This document shows, piece after piece, positions 47,808-58,614 of a stretch of 64,000 nucleotides of DNA. A program made the translations under genes and the position numbers. The stretch lies in NCBI RefSeq assembly GCF_009914755.1, contig NC_060945.1, one strand, 5' to 3'. Position 1 is the stretch's first letter, and the number at the start of each line of letters is the position of its first letter. The notes below the pieces were generated by a model. The model was not told the origin of the DNA, searched no databases, and saw nothing but the letters and a program-made list of their open reading frames with translations. The stretch comes from the human T2T-CHM13v2.0 reference genome, Homo sapiens.

Positions 47808-48920
47808 TCAGCAGCTGGACTTCTGGCCAGAGCAGAGGCTGTAGCAGGCAGGGCGGGAGCACATGGGGCGGCAGAGGAGGGAAACACAGGAGGCCGTGCG
47901 GCAGCAGCTGGGCTGGCAGGAGGAGGCAGAGGCACCACAGGAGGGGACGGGCACGCAGCAGGTGGACTTGCACACAGGGTGGCAGAGGAGGGACACGGAG
48001 GAGGAGGATCTGCAGCAGGAGGCGGTGCAGCAAGCCGGCTGGCAGCTAGACTGCTGGCAGCATGATGTGGAAGCCCCAGAGCAGACGGGCACACAGCAGG
48101 CGTGCTGGCAGGGGGAGGAGGTGCAGCAAGCTGGCTGGCAGCTAGACTGCTGGCAGCATGAAGAGGAATCCTCAGAGCAGGTGGGCACACAGCACACAGG
48201 CACGCAGCAGACGGGCACGCAGCAGGCCTGCTGGCAGGGGGAGGAGGTGCAGCAAGTTGGCTGGCAGCTAGACTGCTGGCAGCATGAGGGTGTGCAGGAG
48301 CTGGTGCAGCCTGATTGGCAGGGGCTGGGCTCACAGACCGCCTGGCAGCAGGGGCTGGACACACAGCTCACACAGCTAGACTGCTGGCAGCACGAAGAGG
48401 AAATCCCAGAGCAGACAGGCTTGCAGCAGACGGGCACACAGCAGGCCTGCTGGCAGGGGGAGGAGGTGCAGCAAGCTGACTGGCAGCTAGACTGCTGGCA
48501 GCATGAAGAATCCCCACAGCAGACGGACACACAGCACACAGGCTTGCAGCAGACAGTCTTGCAGCAGACGGGCACGCAGCAGGCCTGCTGGCAGGGGGAG
48601 GAGGCACAGCAAGCCAGCTGGCAGCTAGACTGCTGGCAGCACGAGGGCGTGCAGGAGCTGGTGCAGCCTGATTGGCAGGGGCTGGGCTCACAGGTCACTG
48701 GGCAGCAGGGGCTGGACACACGGCTCACTGGGGTGCAGACCAGGCTCAGGCAGGGGGCCGGGGCGCAGCAGCTGGGGGCGCAGCAGGGGGGCTCGCAGCA
48801 GCTCTCTGGGCAGTCGTCCACCTGCCAGGAGTCGGAGCAAGAGTCACAGGAACCAGGAAGGCAGACGCGGCTGCCGTAGCTCAGGTCGCTGGAGCAGACG
48901 GACATGGTGGACGCGGCCAT
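47808..48920 (-). CDS. KRTAP10-6: Keratin-associated protein 10-6 (370-aa allele)
   Basis: [23 protein letters not shown]...[15 protein letters not shown]; position and strand in the cluster. Confidence 0.93.
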   Translation of the reverse strand: MAASTMSVCSSDLSYGSRVCLPGSCDSCSDSWQVDDCPESCCEPPCCAPSCCAPAPCLSLVCTPVSRVSSPCCPVTCEPSPCQSGCTSSCTPSCCQQSSCQLACCASSPCQQACCVPVCCKTVCCKPVCCVSVCCGDSSCCQQSSCQSACCTSSPCQQACCVPVCCKPVCSGISSSCCQQSSCVSCVSSPCCQAVCEPSPCQSGCTSSCTPSCCQQSSCQPTCCTSSPCQQACCVPVCCVPVCCVPTCSEDSSSCCQQSSCQPACCTSSPCQHACCVPVCSGASTSCCQQSSCQPACCTASCCRSSSSVSLLCHPVCKSTCCVPVPSCGASASSCQPSCCRTASCVSLLCRPMCSRPACYSLCSGQKSSC

Positions 48921-48981
48921 GCTGGGGTTGAACTGGTGGAGGGTGAGGGAGTGAGCCTGTGAGGTGCTGAGGCTCTCGGGC

Positions 48982-49036
48982 TTTTATTCCACCTGGCCTT
49001 GTTGTCCCCGGGCCCACAGCTTCCCCTTCCGTGTTG
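48982..49036 (-). promoter_or_regulatory. KRTAP10-6 proximal promoter
   Basis: AATAAAA (TATA variant) 48982-48988, GGACAACA 49000-49007, CAACACGGAAG 49026-49036. Confidence 0.7.
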
Positions 49037-50518
49037 CCGAGAGCTGGAGTCTGCCGGGATTAGGGGTGTTTGTTCGCCCGTGATGTGGGCCAGCTCATAA
49101 ATCTCCCATCACATCTGGGCTGTGTCCCATCCCATGTGGATCCCTGGCGGCAGGAATTGGGCGGGGCCTGGTCCCAGCTGGGTTCGGGGAGCTGGGAGAG
49201 CCACAGGTCGCGGCATCGTCCACCCCTGGCCCCAGCAGCCCCGGGACACAGAGTCCCTCTGCAGGAAGCCGGCCTCAGGAAGTGTCCTTGTGGTGAAAAC
49301 CCCTCATCCAGCGTGGTCCTTCCCCCATCACCGGACACAGGACTGTGGCCATCTTCTGAGGGACAACCTGGGGCCCATGAGCCTTCATTGACCTGCCCTG
49401 GGCCATGGCATGGTGGGGGTGGGGGGCAGCTGTAACTGTGCCCAGACCTCTTGGCTTTGAGCTCTGGACGACTTCTCATCCCCACAGCCTCTTCACCTCC
49501 GGCCCTGTTTCGTGTCCACCTCGTCTTTGTGTTTTGGAGGCAGCAGGACCTGTGTGTTCCAGGGCAAGGACGGTGGGCTTGGCCCCTCCCTGCTTGGACA
49601 GCATGACAGCCTTCTGGGCTGTGGTTTTGGGTTCTGAACCTGCAGAGTAACCGTGCTGAGCAGCGGGCGGTCAGCAGCCCTCGTCCCCGCCTGGGGTGGC
49701 TCCTCTGTGTGCTCTGCTTCTCCGAGGCTGCCCGTCAGCCCCCACCCAGCCTCCTGCTGGGCCCATTTCCCAGCCCTGTCTTCCAAGCCCTGTGCCAGGC
49801 CTCTTAGTGTCACCACCTTAAAATTAAGGGACATCTGTCCAAAGAACCCGCACAGAAGACACAAAATGGGTCCATGAGAAGTTGATCTCACTGCAAACCC
49901 ATTGCCAGTGTAAACGAAACATAAAATCCTAAGCCCCTCAACTGACTAAATGGATCCCATCTTGCCCACGGGGACCCCCGAAAAACTGCGTTCCTGGCCA
50001 TGACAGGAAGGGAGGTCAGACACGCCTCGTTACACCCCCTCCCTTTAGGGTTTCGACACAACCACTACCCAGCACTAAAGTTAAAATAGAGACCGTAAGA
50101 CCCACAGAGCAGACTCTGGCAATAAGATATCAAATTACAAACAGGACCTCAGGCCGCGCCAGGCAAGGGACAAGCCGCGTGCCCTACACTGAGAGGACGG
50201 ACTCTGCTCTCACGCCACAGCTGCTGTTTTTCTACAGTGGCTAAACACGCACTGGCCCCGCGATGAGGATGAGCAAGGTTCAAACGACTGCAGCTCATCC
50301 ACCAGCAGATGCCAACTGACCACGTTCCACAGCCATGACCACAGCTCTGACTGGGCAGGAGACTGACTTCAGGAACCTCCTCCTGATAAGGGACCCCCAA
50401 CCATGGACTGGCTCCAGCCGGTTTACAGAGGCTGTGCACTGGAGTGCCTTTGTGTCCTGAGAAGACTTCTGAGGTTTAGGGCCTCATTGCGACCCATTGA
50501 CATGATAAGACTCCACCC

Positions 50519-50995
50519 TGTAAGAAGTACATTTCAAGTGGTCCGTATTCAGAAAACAGGCCCTGGCAAGTCCAGGCAGCTCCCTTGCAGATGTGACAAG
50601 CCACACAGTACAGACATCTGGGAAGAGTGATAAGACTCACAGAAGTCAGAGGGGAGGAAGAAAAAGTGACGGATGGCTAACACATAAAAGGAAAGAAACT
50701 TTTGCCATTGAGAAATCAAATGTAAAGTGGGGAAGGGGACAAGATGTAACCTTATAAGGGGATAATGAAACTTAGGTGACGTCCAGGAAGCCTGTGACCC
50801 CATAGTACTCAGGCTGCGAGGAACTGGGCGAGGGACCTGCACACTAGGGGATAAATTGCTTGTTGAAAGTGTGCTGGGTGTGCCCGCCCATCAGACACCA
50901 GATCTTGCAAGACCGACATTAAAGTCTCACTTTCACTGTTCTTCATGCCTCTAAGTCCATTCTTTGGATTTGGACGGGTCAGTGTGTTTCTCACA
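50519..50995 (+). mobile_element. Nested solo ERV LTR (family not determined)
   Basis: TGTAAG...CTCACA termini, 4-bp TSD ACCC/ACCG, ATTAAA in the 3' part. Confidence 0.75.
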
Positions 50996-51258
50996 ACCGC
51001 AGAGTGAAAACAGGTCGTATGTTACATGCATGTTTGTTCAGTTCCTCCTTCGTGAATATTCACTATTCCTCCATAACCTATTGCACATGTGTATTCAGCC
51101 AACCTGGTCAGCGTGGAGCTCCTGCCCCAGCCCCTCCTCCTGGCTCTCGTCTTGGCCAGAGGCTGTGCTTCCCGGCCTGCAGGATGGCTTTCTTGCAGGC
51201 TGTGCCCCTTTAGAAGAAACAAAGTCTCCTCTTTTTTTCCAAACTTACGGATCTGTGA

Positions 51259-51558
51259 TTTTTTTTTTTTTTTTTTGAGATGCAGTCTCACTCTGTTGCC
51301 CAGGCTGGAGTGCAGTGGTACGATCTCAGCTCACCGCAGCCTCCACCTCCTGGTTCAAGCAATTCTCCTGCCTCAGCCTCCCGAGTAGCTGGGATTACAG
51401 GCATAAGCCACCATGCCTGGCTAATTTTTGTATTTTTAGTAGAGACAGGGTTTCACCATGTTGACCAGGCTGGTCTCAAACTCTTGACCTCAAGTGATCC
51501 ACCTACCTTGGCCTCCCAAACATGCTAGGATTACAGGCCTGAGCCATTGCACCTGGCC
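51259..51558 (-). mobile_element. Alu (AluS-type) nested in the LTR
   Basis: Full antisense Alu with poly(T); TSD-like GTGATTTTT on both sides. Confidence 0.95.
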
Positions 51559-51706
51559 AGATGGTGATTTTTTTAAATGAACACAAGCAGTCACCCAATT
51601 CTCTTCTCAGGAAGCAGCTACTTTCACCCATTTATTCTCTTTCTCTCTGTATCTCTCCATCTCTCTCTGTCTCTGTCTGTCTGCCTCTTCCGTATATGCA
51701 CACACA

Positions 51707-52172
51707 CAGCCCATTCTCATTATTCCCAGAGGCTCTGTTCTATACAGTCTCCACCAGCACCGAATAACCAAATACTGAACCACTGCTCCTACAGGAAGCA
51801 CAGGGTTATGGTCTCATGAGCCTCTGATCACAACATTCCCATCACCTAATCAATGCATAGACATGTCTTACGAATGCTTCTGTCTGAAGACACCTTACTG
51901 AATCTATATAGTTGATTTATCAACACTGAGCCCCAGCCAACAGCCCTACAGAGCCTGAATGAAGTTGGTTGAACACATGTGTTTTCTCTGTAAGACGTGC
52001 TGGAGCCTTCTGAGCTCCGGACACCCAGCAGCACAGCAGCACTGCACTGGGGCACTTTAAACAACAAGATCAGAGCATCGTGGAGGAACGTGCGGCACTG
52101 AGGAGAACATAACAAGGACACCTGTTTACCATATGCGAGCTGAGACAGGAAAGCAAAACATCACCTCATTCT
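51707..52172 (+). mobile_element. Partial, diverged Tigger MITE (same family as 20072-20682)
   Basis: ATTCTCATTATTC...AATACTGAACCACTGCTCCTA...GAGCCTCTGATCACAACATT, colinear with the 20-kb copy. Confidence 0.65.
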
Positions 52173-52360
52173 ATTATGTGTATGTGTAAACATATATGCA
52201 CATACACATACATACATATAATGCCTCTGTACACATAAATTTTTAAAATGCAAATTATGTCATACTCTACCCACTATGTTTCTGTAAACATGGAGCTCCT
52301 TTCCTGTGAATACATAATGATCTCTGTCTTGTTTACAGCTGCATAGAATTCCATGTGGTC

Positions 52361-52890
52361 TGTGTGTTCATTTTCTATTGCTGTGGAACAAAGTACCACA
52401 AGCTTAGTGGCTTCAAATAACACACATTTATCATCTCGGTTTCTGTGGGTCAGGAGTCCAGGCACAGTTAAATTGGGGTCTCTGTAGGGCTGTATTGGAG
52501 TGTCTCATGGGAAGGTTCAATTGGAGAAGGATCCACTTCCAAGCTCATGTGATTGTTGGCAGAACTCAGTTCCTTGTAGCTTCTTGGACTAAGTGCCTCA
52601 GTTTGTCACCAGCTGTCAACTGGAGGCTGCCATCATCTCTTTCCATGCGGCCTCAACGGGCAGCTCGCAATGTGCTGGCTTTTTCACAGCTAGCCAGGGA
52701 GACAGAGTCCTCCCGAGACGAGCATTATGACCTTATGTAATGGGATCATGCACATCCCATCACCCTCTCTGTGGCTCCTTGTGTCTATACACGTGTCACA
52801 GTCCCAACCACACTCAAGGAGTGTGGGGCACACAGCCAGTGACCACTAGGAGGTGAGGGACATGGGGCCACCCTAGAGTCTGTCTCCCGC
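52361..52890 (-). mobile_element. MaLR LTR (older MLT1)
   Basis: TTTTCTATTGCTGTGGAACAAAGTACCACAAGCTTAGTGGCTT...GGGGCCACCCTAGAGTCTG. Confidence 0.75.
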
Positions 52891-53791
52891 TGTCTGGACA
52901 ATGTCATGGCTGTGATACCTTTGCACATACCTTGTATCCACCCAGGAGTATCTACAGGATGCTTGCTTAGTGATTCAGGCTTAAAGGCATGAGGTTTTGA
53001 ATTGTGATGTGTAGCAGCAAACTGCCTGCCAAAGCCGTGGAGCAACCTCAGCCCAGCAGCAAGTCATCTGGGTAGTCTGCCCACACCCTCGCCAACCCAT
53101 GTTGGGAACATCAATGGTTTTCATTTTTTCCAATATAAAAAATGATATCATATGGCCATTAAATTTGTTTTATCTCATTTTAAATGGGGCTGAGCACGTT
53201 TTCTCATTTAAGAACCATGTATATTTCTTTCAATTGTCTCTGTATCCTTTGCTCACTTTCTGTTATGTTTCTGTTATTGATCTTAATAACTCGTGGGAGC
53301 TCTTTGGATATTAAGCAAATTAGCCCTTTCTCTGATATACAGATAGGAAATGTGTTTCCCATATTGTTGTCTTTTGACTTGGTTTATAATGTTTTCTCTC
53401 CTGCAATTTAAAAATTTTTACATAATTAGTTTTATCGGTTTTTTAAATGGCTTCGGTGTTTTACTCAAAACTTAGAATAGCCCTTTCCACTCTGAGATGA
53501 TTTTTCTTTCCCTTCCTATCATTATTGACAGGTGTATTAACATCCCCCACTATGATTTTCCCTTTTCTCTATTTCTACTTTTAGCTCTGCCAGTTAAAAA
53601 AATTAAAAAACAGTTTTTTATTTTAATTTTTTAATTTTATATTTTAAGCTATGTAATTAGATACATGCAGATTTAGAATTGTTACATCTTCCTGGTAGGT
53701 TGACTCTTTTAGCTTTATACATTTCTTTCTTCATCTCTATTGCTCTAAAATCTACTTTTTCTGATATTCATAAGTCACACTAGCATTTTAG

Positions 53792-54167
<376 letters not shown>

Positions 54168-54434
54168 TCTATGCTCTTGTATTCAGGCTCTGTATCTTGT
54201 AAGCAGCATGTAGTTAGGTTTTCTACTTTTTATTCAGACCAACAATATATTTTAATTGGAATATCTGATACTTTATTGACTGATGATTTAGTTTATATCT
54301 ATCTGCCATCTGACTGTACAATTTCTATTTGTCCCAATTTTTTAACGTTTCTTTTAAAAATCACTTCCTGTCTATTTTGGATTAATCAAGTATTTTTTAT
54401 TATTTATTTTCCCTCTTCTGTTCTATTCATTATT

Positions 54435-54943
54435 CGTGAGATAAGGCAAGGCTTCTCTTCAAACAGGCTGCTCAACCTTTTGTTCTTTAATTCCTAGTAC
54501 CCCCGCCCCCTCTCTTTCTTCTCCTTTTCTTCTTTCTGACTTTACTACATGCCCAGGCATGCCGCAACATCACTAGCATTATCAGCACCAGCTCGCATTC
54601 CGTTCTGTATTTAGGAAAAGACTGGCTCTCTAGTTTCCCGTAGATGACCCCTTCCTCCTCTCCCGTCTCTCCCATTATGCATCCATTTTATCTAAGAAAG
54701 TTTAAATGTTTAGCCAATCGGGTCTAGTTTAAATTGTGCGGCGCAATCCCAGCCAATGGGGAAAGGACACAGGGGCAGGATCACGTTAGGAATAAAAACT
54801 TCTACTCTCCTTTGTTCTGTGTGCTCTCGTGGCAACCAGCCATATGGGAGACACCCTCCTGCACAGACATACATTTGCTTTGCTGAGAAATCCTTTGTCT
54901 CAGTGCTCGTTTTTCCTTACGACTCTGAGCCTTATTTCTAACA
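54435..54943 (+). mobile_element. Solo ERV LTR, same family as 5311-5751
   Basis: CG(<TG)TGAGATAAGGCAAGG...TTTCTAACA, 5-bp TSD TTATT, CCAAT boxes, AATAAA at 54791. Confidence 0.85.
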
Positions 54944-55567
54944 TTATTGATTATACATTGATTATACATAGTTTTTACTATCTCTTCCGTGGTCACTTTA
55001 GAGATTATAGCACACATTCTTAGATTATTCAAGTGTAACATATGTCAGCACTTCCGCCGCTTCCAAAACAATGCTGAAACCTTAGAAAACTTTCACTCCA
55101 TTTATCCTTCTCACCTTTTATTGTTAATGTCATCATGCATTACTTTTCTACTTCTAGTTTAGACCCCACAAGAGATTATAAATATAATAATATTACCCTT
55201 TCAGATCCTCCTGGTTCCTTCCTGCATTTTTATCCTTCCGTCATCCTGCCTAAAAAAATCCCCTTTCATAGTTACTGTAGAGTAGGTCTGCTCGTGTTCA
55301 GTTTGCTCAGTTGTTATCCAGAATTGTTTTGTTTCATATTTCACCTTTGAACAATGTTCTTCCTGGTCTAGAATTCTAGGTTTGCAGTGATTTTCTTTCA
55401 GCTCTTTAAAGATGTCATTCTATTACCTTTAGTTTCTTCAACAGCTCTTTTAGGAGAGCTTTAAAGGAATCATTTTTAAAACATTTTGTTCAGCTTTTCA
55501 AGTTGTTCTCAGCAGGAGTATATGTCTGACATAGCTACTTTGTCCCATATGGAAGCAGAGGCCCCCA

Positions 55568-55570
<3 letters not shown>

Positions 55571-55630
<60 letters not shown>
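55571..55630. repeat. (TC)30 microsatellite
   Basis: Perfect polypyrimidine dinucleotide run. Confidence 0.97.
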
Positions 55631-55632
<2 letters not shown>

Positions 55633-56922
55633 TCCATCCCATAGGACCAGATCCTGTACCTCTGGAGGGACCAGGCCATGCTCAAATTTATATTATTTTT
55701 ATAGTTCAAAATATACAGAAAGACAATTCATCCCACCGTGTAACTGAATTTCTAGCCCTCTGAGGCCTTTTGTACTTTTCCTAAATCCCCTAGGAGTTAA
55801 GAGGCCTGGACTGGGAAACACAGATAGAGACACAGGACACCCTGAGCCTCTGAGACTTGCCTGGGCATCAAACCCCACCAGAAGGGCCCCTGGAGCCCTC
55901 TCCCCTGGGTAGGGGCCACTTCTCAGGGCCGCATGCATGCTGGGCTATGGCTGGTCATCACTGACATCACCAGGCACCAAGCAGCCCACCTCCCTCCCTG
56001 GTGGGGTCCACAGTCAGGGTTACTACCCCTTCACTTTCACATTCTCAGCACCTGGTGCAATTTCCAGCATGTGGGAGGACTCACTGCATCATGAATAAAT
56101 GAATGCTTGAGAAGTAAAAGTATCGGATACAATTGGAAACATTTAGCAGAAACAACCAAAAAGATGTGGTGGCCAATTGGATATTATTTGCAGAAGAAAT
56201 GGAGACTTAGATCAGATGTCTAGCTGGGGTGACCAAGGACTTAGCTGGCAATCAAGAAAACACACTGCAAGCGAAAGCAGTGCTTGCTGCTTTTCACACG
56301 GCAGTGCTGTTGAGAGTGGCTGTGCTTTTTGCGGAGGAGGTGTTCTGGGTTAGACTTACAGGTTTGCAGTGCTTGGGATAAAACCAAATGGAAATGGGGG
56401 CCCCAAACAGGGATCTGGGGCCTCCCTAAGTGCCCAGATGGAAGAGGGGGTGCACGGCCCCCCAGGAACTACTGTGAACCTGACGGGAAATGGCTCACAC
56501 CACTGTCCACCCTTTCCCGTTTGCCACTTGCTCTAAAGCCCTTGGGGGGACTTTATGCACCAGAGAGAGTGTGGGGAGTCACTTCTAGGAATGTTCCACC
56601 CTCATGCCATCATTGACAGGGGCTTCTCTAGCCTGGCATTCCAGAAGCCACAGCCACCCAGACAAGCAGAGTCCCCTGGCGATGGCCCACAGGCGCTGGG
56701 ATTAGGATGGATGGATCTCTCCTGCAGCCAGCACAGGCCCCTGGGACACTCTATTTGCAGACATTACACCCTGTCTACTTCAATATTATGCTCTGGAGCC
56801 AAAGGTAGGTGAGGGTGCGTCAACGGAACCAAATATAGACTCAGGACTTTACAAACTGAACGGCATCTCATAGGACTAAACATGAAACTCGCACTAATAA
56901 GCGTTCTCTAGGTTTTAAACAC

Positions 56923-57052
56923 AAACAAGGAAGGGGCAGGAGTTGTTGACACTCCAGCTGGGACAACAGACCAGGGAGACATATAAAAGCCAACATCCCT
57001 GAGCACCTAACACACGGACTCACTCACTCATTCACTCACTCACCCACTCACT
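56923..57052 (+). promoter_or_regulatory. KRTAP10-7 proximal promoter and (CACT)n leader
   Basis: AAACAAGGAAG 56923-56933, GGACAACA 56961-56968, TATAAAA 56982-56988. Confidence 0.8.
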
Positions 57053-57079
57053 CCCATCTCCTCCAGTTCAATCCCCAGC

Positions 57080-58192
57080 ATGGCTGCGTCCACTATGTCT
57101 GTCTGCTCCAGCGACCTGAGCTACGGCAGCCGCGTCTGCCTTCCTGGTTCCTGTGACTCTTGCTCCGACTCCTGGCAGGTGGACGACTGCCCAGAGAGCT
57201 GCTGCGAGCCCCCCTGCTGCGCCCCGGCCCCCTGCCTGAGCCTGGTCTGCACCCCAGTGAGCTATGTGTCCAGCCCCTGCTGCCGAGTGACCTGTGAGCC
57301 CAGCCCCTGCCAATCAGGCTGCACCAGCTCCTGCACGCCCTCGTGCTGCCAGCAGTCTAGCTGCCAGCTGGCTTGCTGTGCCTCCTCCCCCTGCCAGCAG
57401 GCCTGCTGCGTGCCCGTCTGCTGCAAGACTGTCTGCTGCAAGCCTGTGTACTGTGTGCCTGTCTGCAGTGGGGATTCTTCATGCTGCCAGCAGTCTAGCT
57501 GCCAGTCAGCTTGCTGCACCTCCTCCCCCTGCCAGCAGGCCTGCTGTGTGCCCATCTGCTGCAAGCCTGTCTGCTCTGGGATTTCCTCTTCGTGCTGCCA
57601 GCAGTCTAGCTGTGTGAGCTGTGTGTCCAGTCCCTGCTGCCAGGCGGTCTGTGAGCCCAGCCCCTGCCAATCAGGCTGCATCAGCTCCTGCACGCCCTCG
57701 TGCTGCCAGCAGTCTAGCTGCAAGCCGGCTTGCTGCACCTCCTCCCCTTGCCAGCAGGCCTGCTGTGTGCCTGTCTGCTGCAAGCCCGTCTGCTGTGTGC
57801 CCACCTGCTCTGATGATTCCTCTTCATGCTGCCAGCCAGCTTGCTGCACCTCCTCCCAAAGCCAGCAGGGCTGCTGCGTGCCCGTCTGCTGTAAGCCTGT
57901 GTGCTGTGTGCCCGTCTGCTCTGGGGCTTCCACTTCATGCTGCCAGCAGTCTAGCTGCCAGCCGGCTTGCTGCACCACCTCCTGCTGCAGACCCTCCTCC
58001 TCCGTGTCCCTCCTCTGCCGCCCCGTGTGCAGGCCCGCCTGCTGCGTGCCCGTCCCCTCCTGCTGCGCCCCCACCTCCTCCTGCCAGGCCAGCTGCTGCC
58101 GCCCAGCCTCCTGTGTGTCTCTCCTTTGCCGCCCCGCATGCTCCCGCCCGGCCTGCTGTGGCCCCACCTCAACCCAGAAGTCCAGCTGCTGA
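57080..58192 (+). CDS. KRTAP10-7: Keratin-associated protein 10-7 (370 aa)
   Basis: [23 protein letters not shown]...RPACCGPTSTQKSSC; position and strand in the cluster. Confidence 0.95.
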   Translation: MAASTMSVCSSDLSYGSRVCLPGSCDSCSDSWQVDDCPESCCEPPCCAPAPCLSLVCTPVSYVSSPCCRVTCEPSPCQSGCTSSCTPSCCQQSSCQLACCASSPCQQACCVPVCCKTVCCKPVYCVPVCSGDSSCCQQSSCQSACCTSSPCQQACCVPICCKPVCSGISSSCCQQSSCVSCVSSPCCQAVCEPSPCQSGCISSCTPSCCQQSSCKPACCTSSPCQQACCVPVCCKPVCCVPTCSDDSSSCCQPACCTSSQSQQGCCVPVCCKPVCCVPVCSGASTSCCQQSSCQPACCTTSCCRPSSSVSLLCRPVCRPACCVPVPSCCAPTSSCQASCCRPASCVSLLCRPACSRPACCGPTSTQKSSC

Positions 58193-58608
58193 GTGATCTC
58201 CTTAAGATCATCCAAAGCCTGAGTGCTCACTGCCACCTGCACCCCTGGATTCTTTACCCTTGACGGCTCTCCACATCCCGCTCCTAAGCCCTGCAGTGGA
58301 CGTCAGTGGTCAGCTGGCCATCCAGTGTGCGCTTCTCCTCCTAGAAGCAGCTCAGCTGTTTCTCCAAGTCTTGACTTTCCCCCAATTACCCAGCCCTGCT
58401 TCCCCAGCAACAGGTGGGCAGTGACCCCAGCAAGGCCAGCGGGTGCTCCCAGGCCATAGCCCGGTGTGGGGAGAAATGAGGGTAGACAGGTACCAACTGG
58501 GTTTCTCGTCACTGTCCCAGCTCAGTGGCGAGCCCTGCTCCTCCCCTGCTGTGGGCCTGGGCCTCTTTCTCTGTCTTCCCTGACCACGGGAGCAGGTCAG
58601 ACCCTTCT

Positions 58609-58614
58609 AATAAA
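58609..58614 (+). terminator. Poly(A) signal of KRTAP10-7
   Basis: AATAAA about 415 nt after the stop, with downstream TTCTTGTTGTT. Confidence 0.75.

Larger units (their letters stand above)
49909..51583 (+). mobile_element. ERV1 MER4-group solo LTR carrying two nested insertions
   Basis: TGTAAACGAAACATAAAATCCTAAGCCCC start, resumes after each insert, ends AAATGAACA; 4-bp TSD CCAG/CAAG. Confidence 0.75.
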
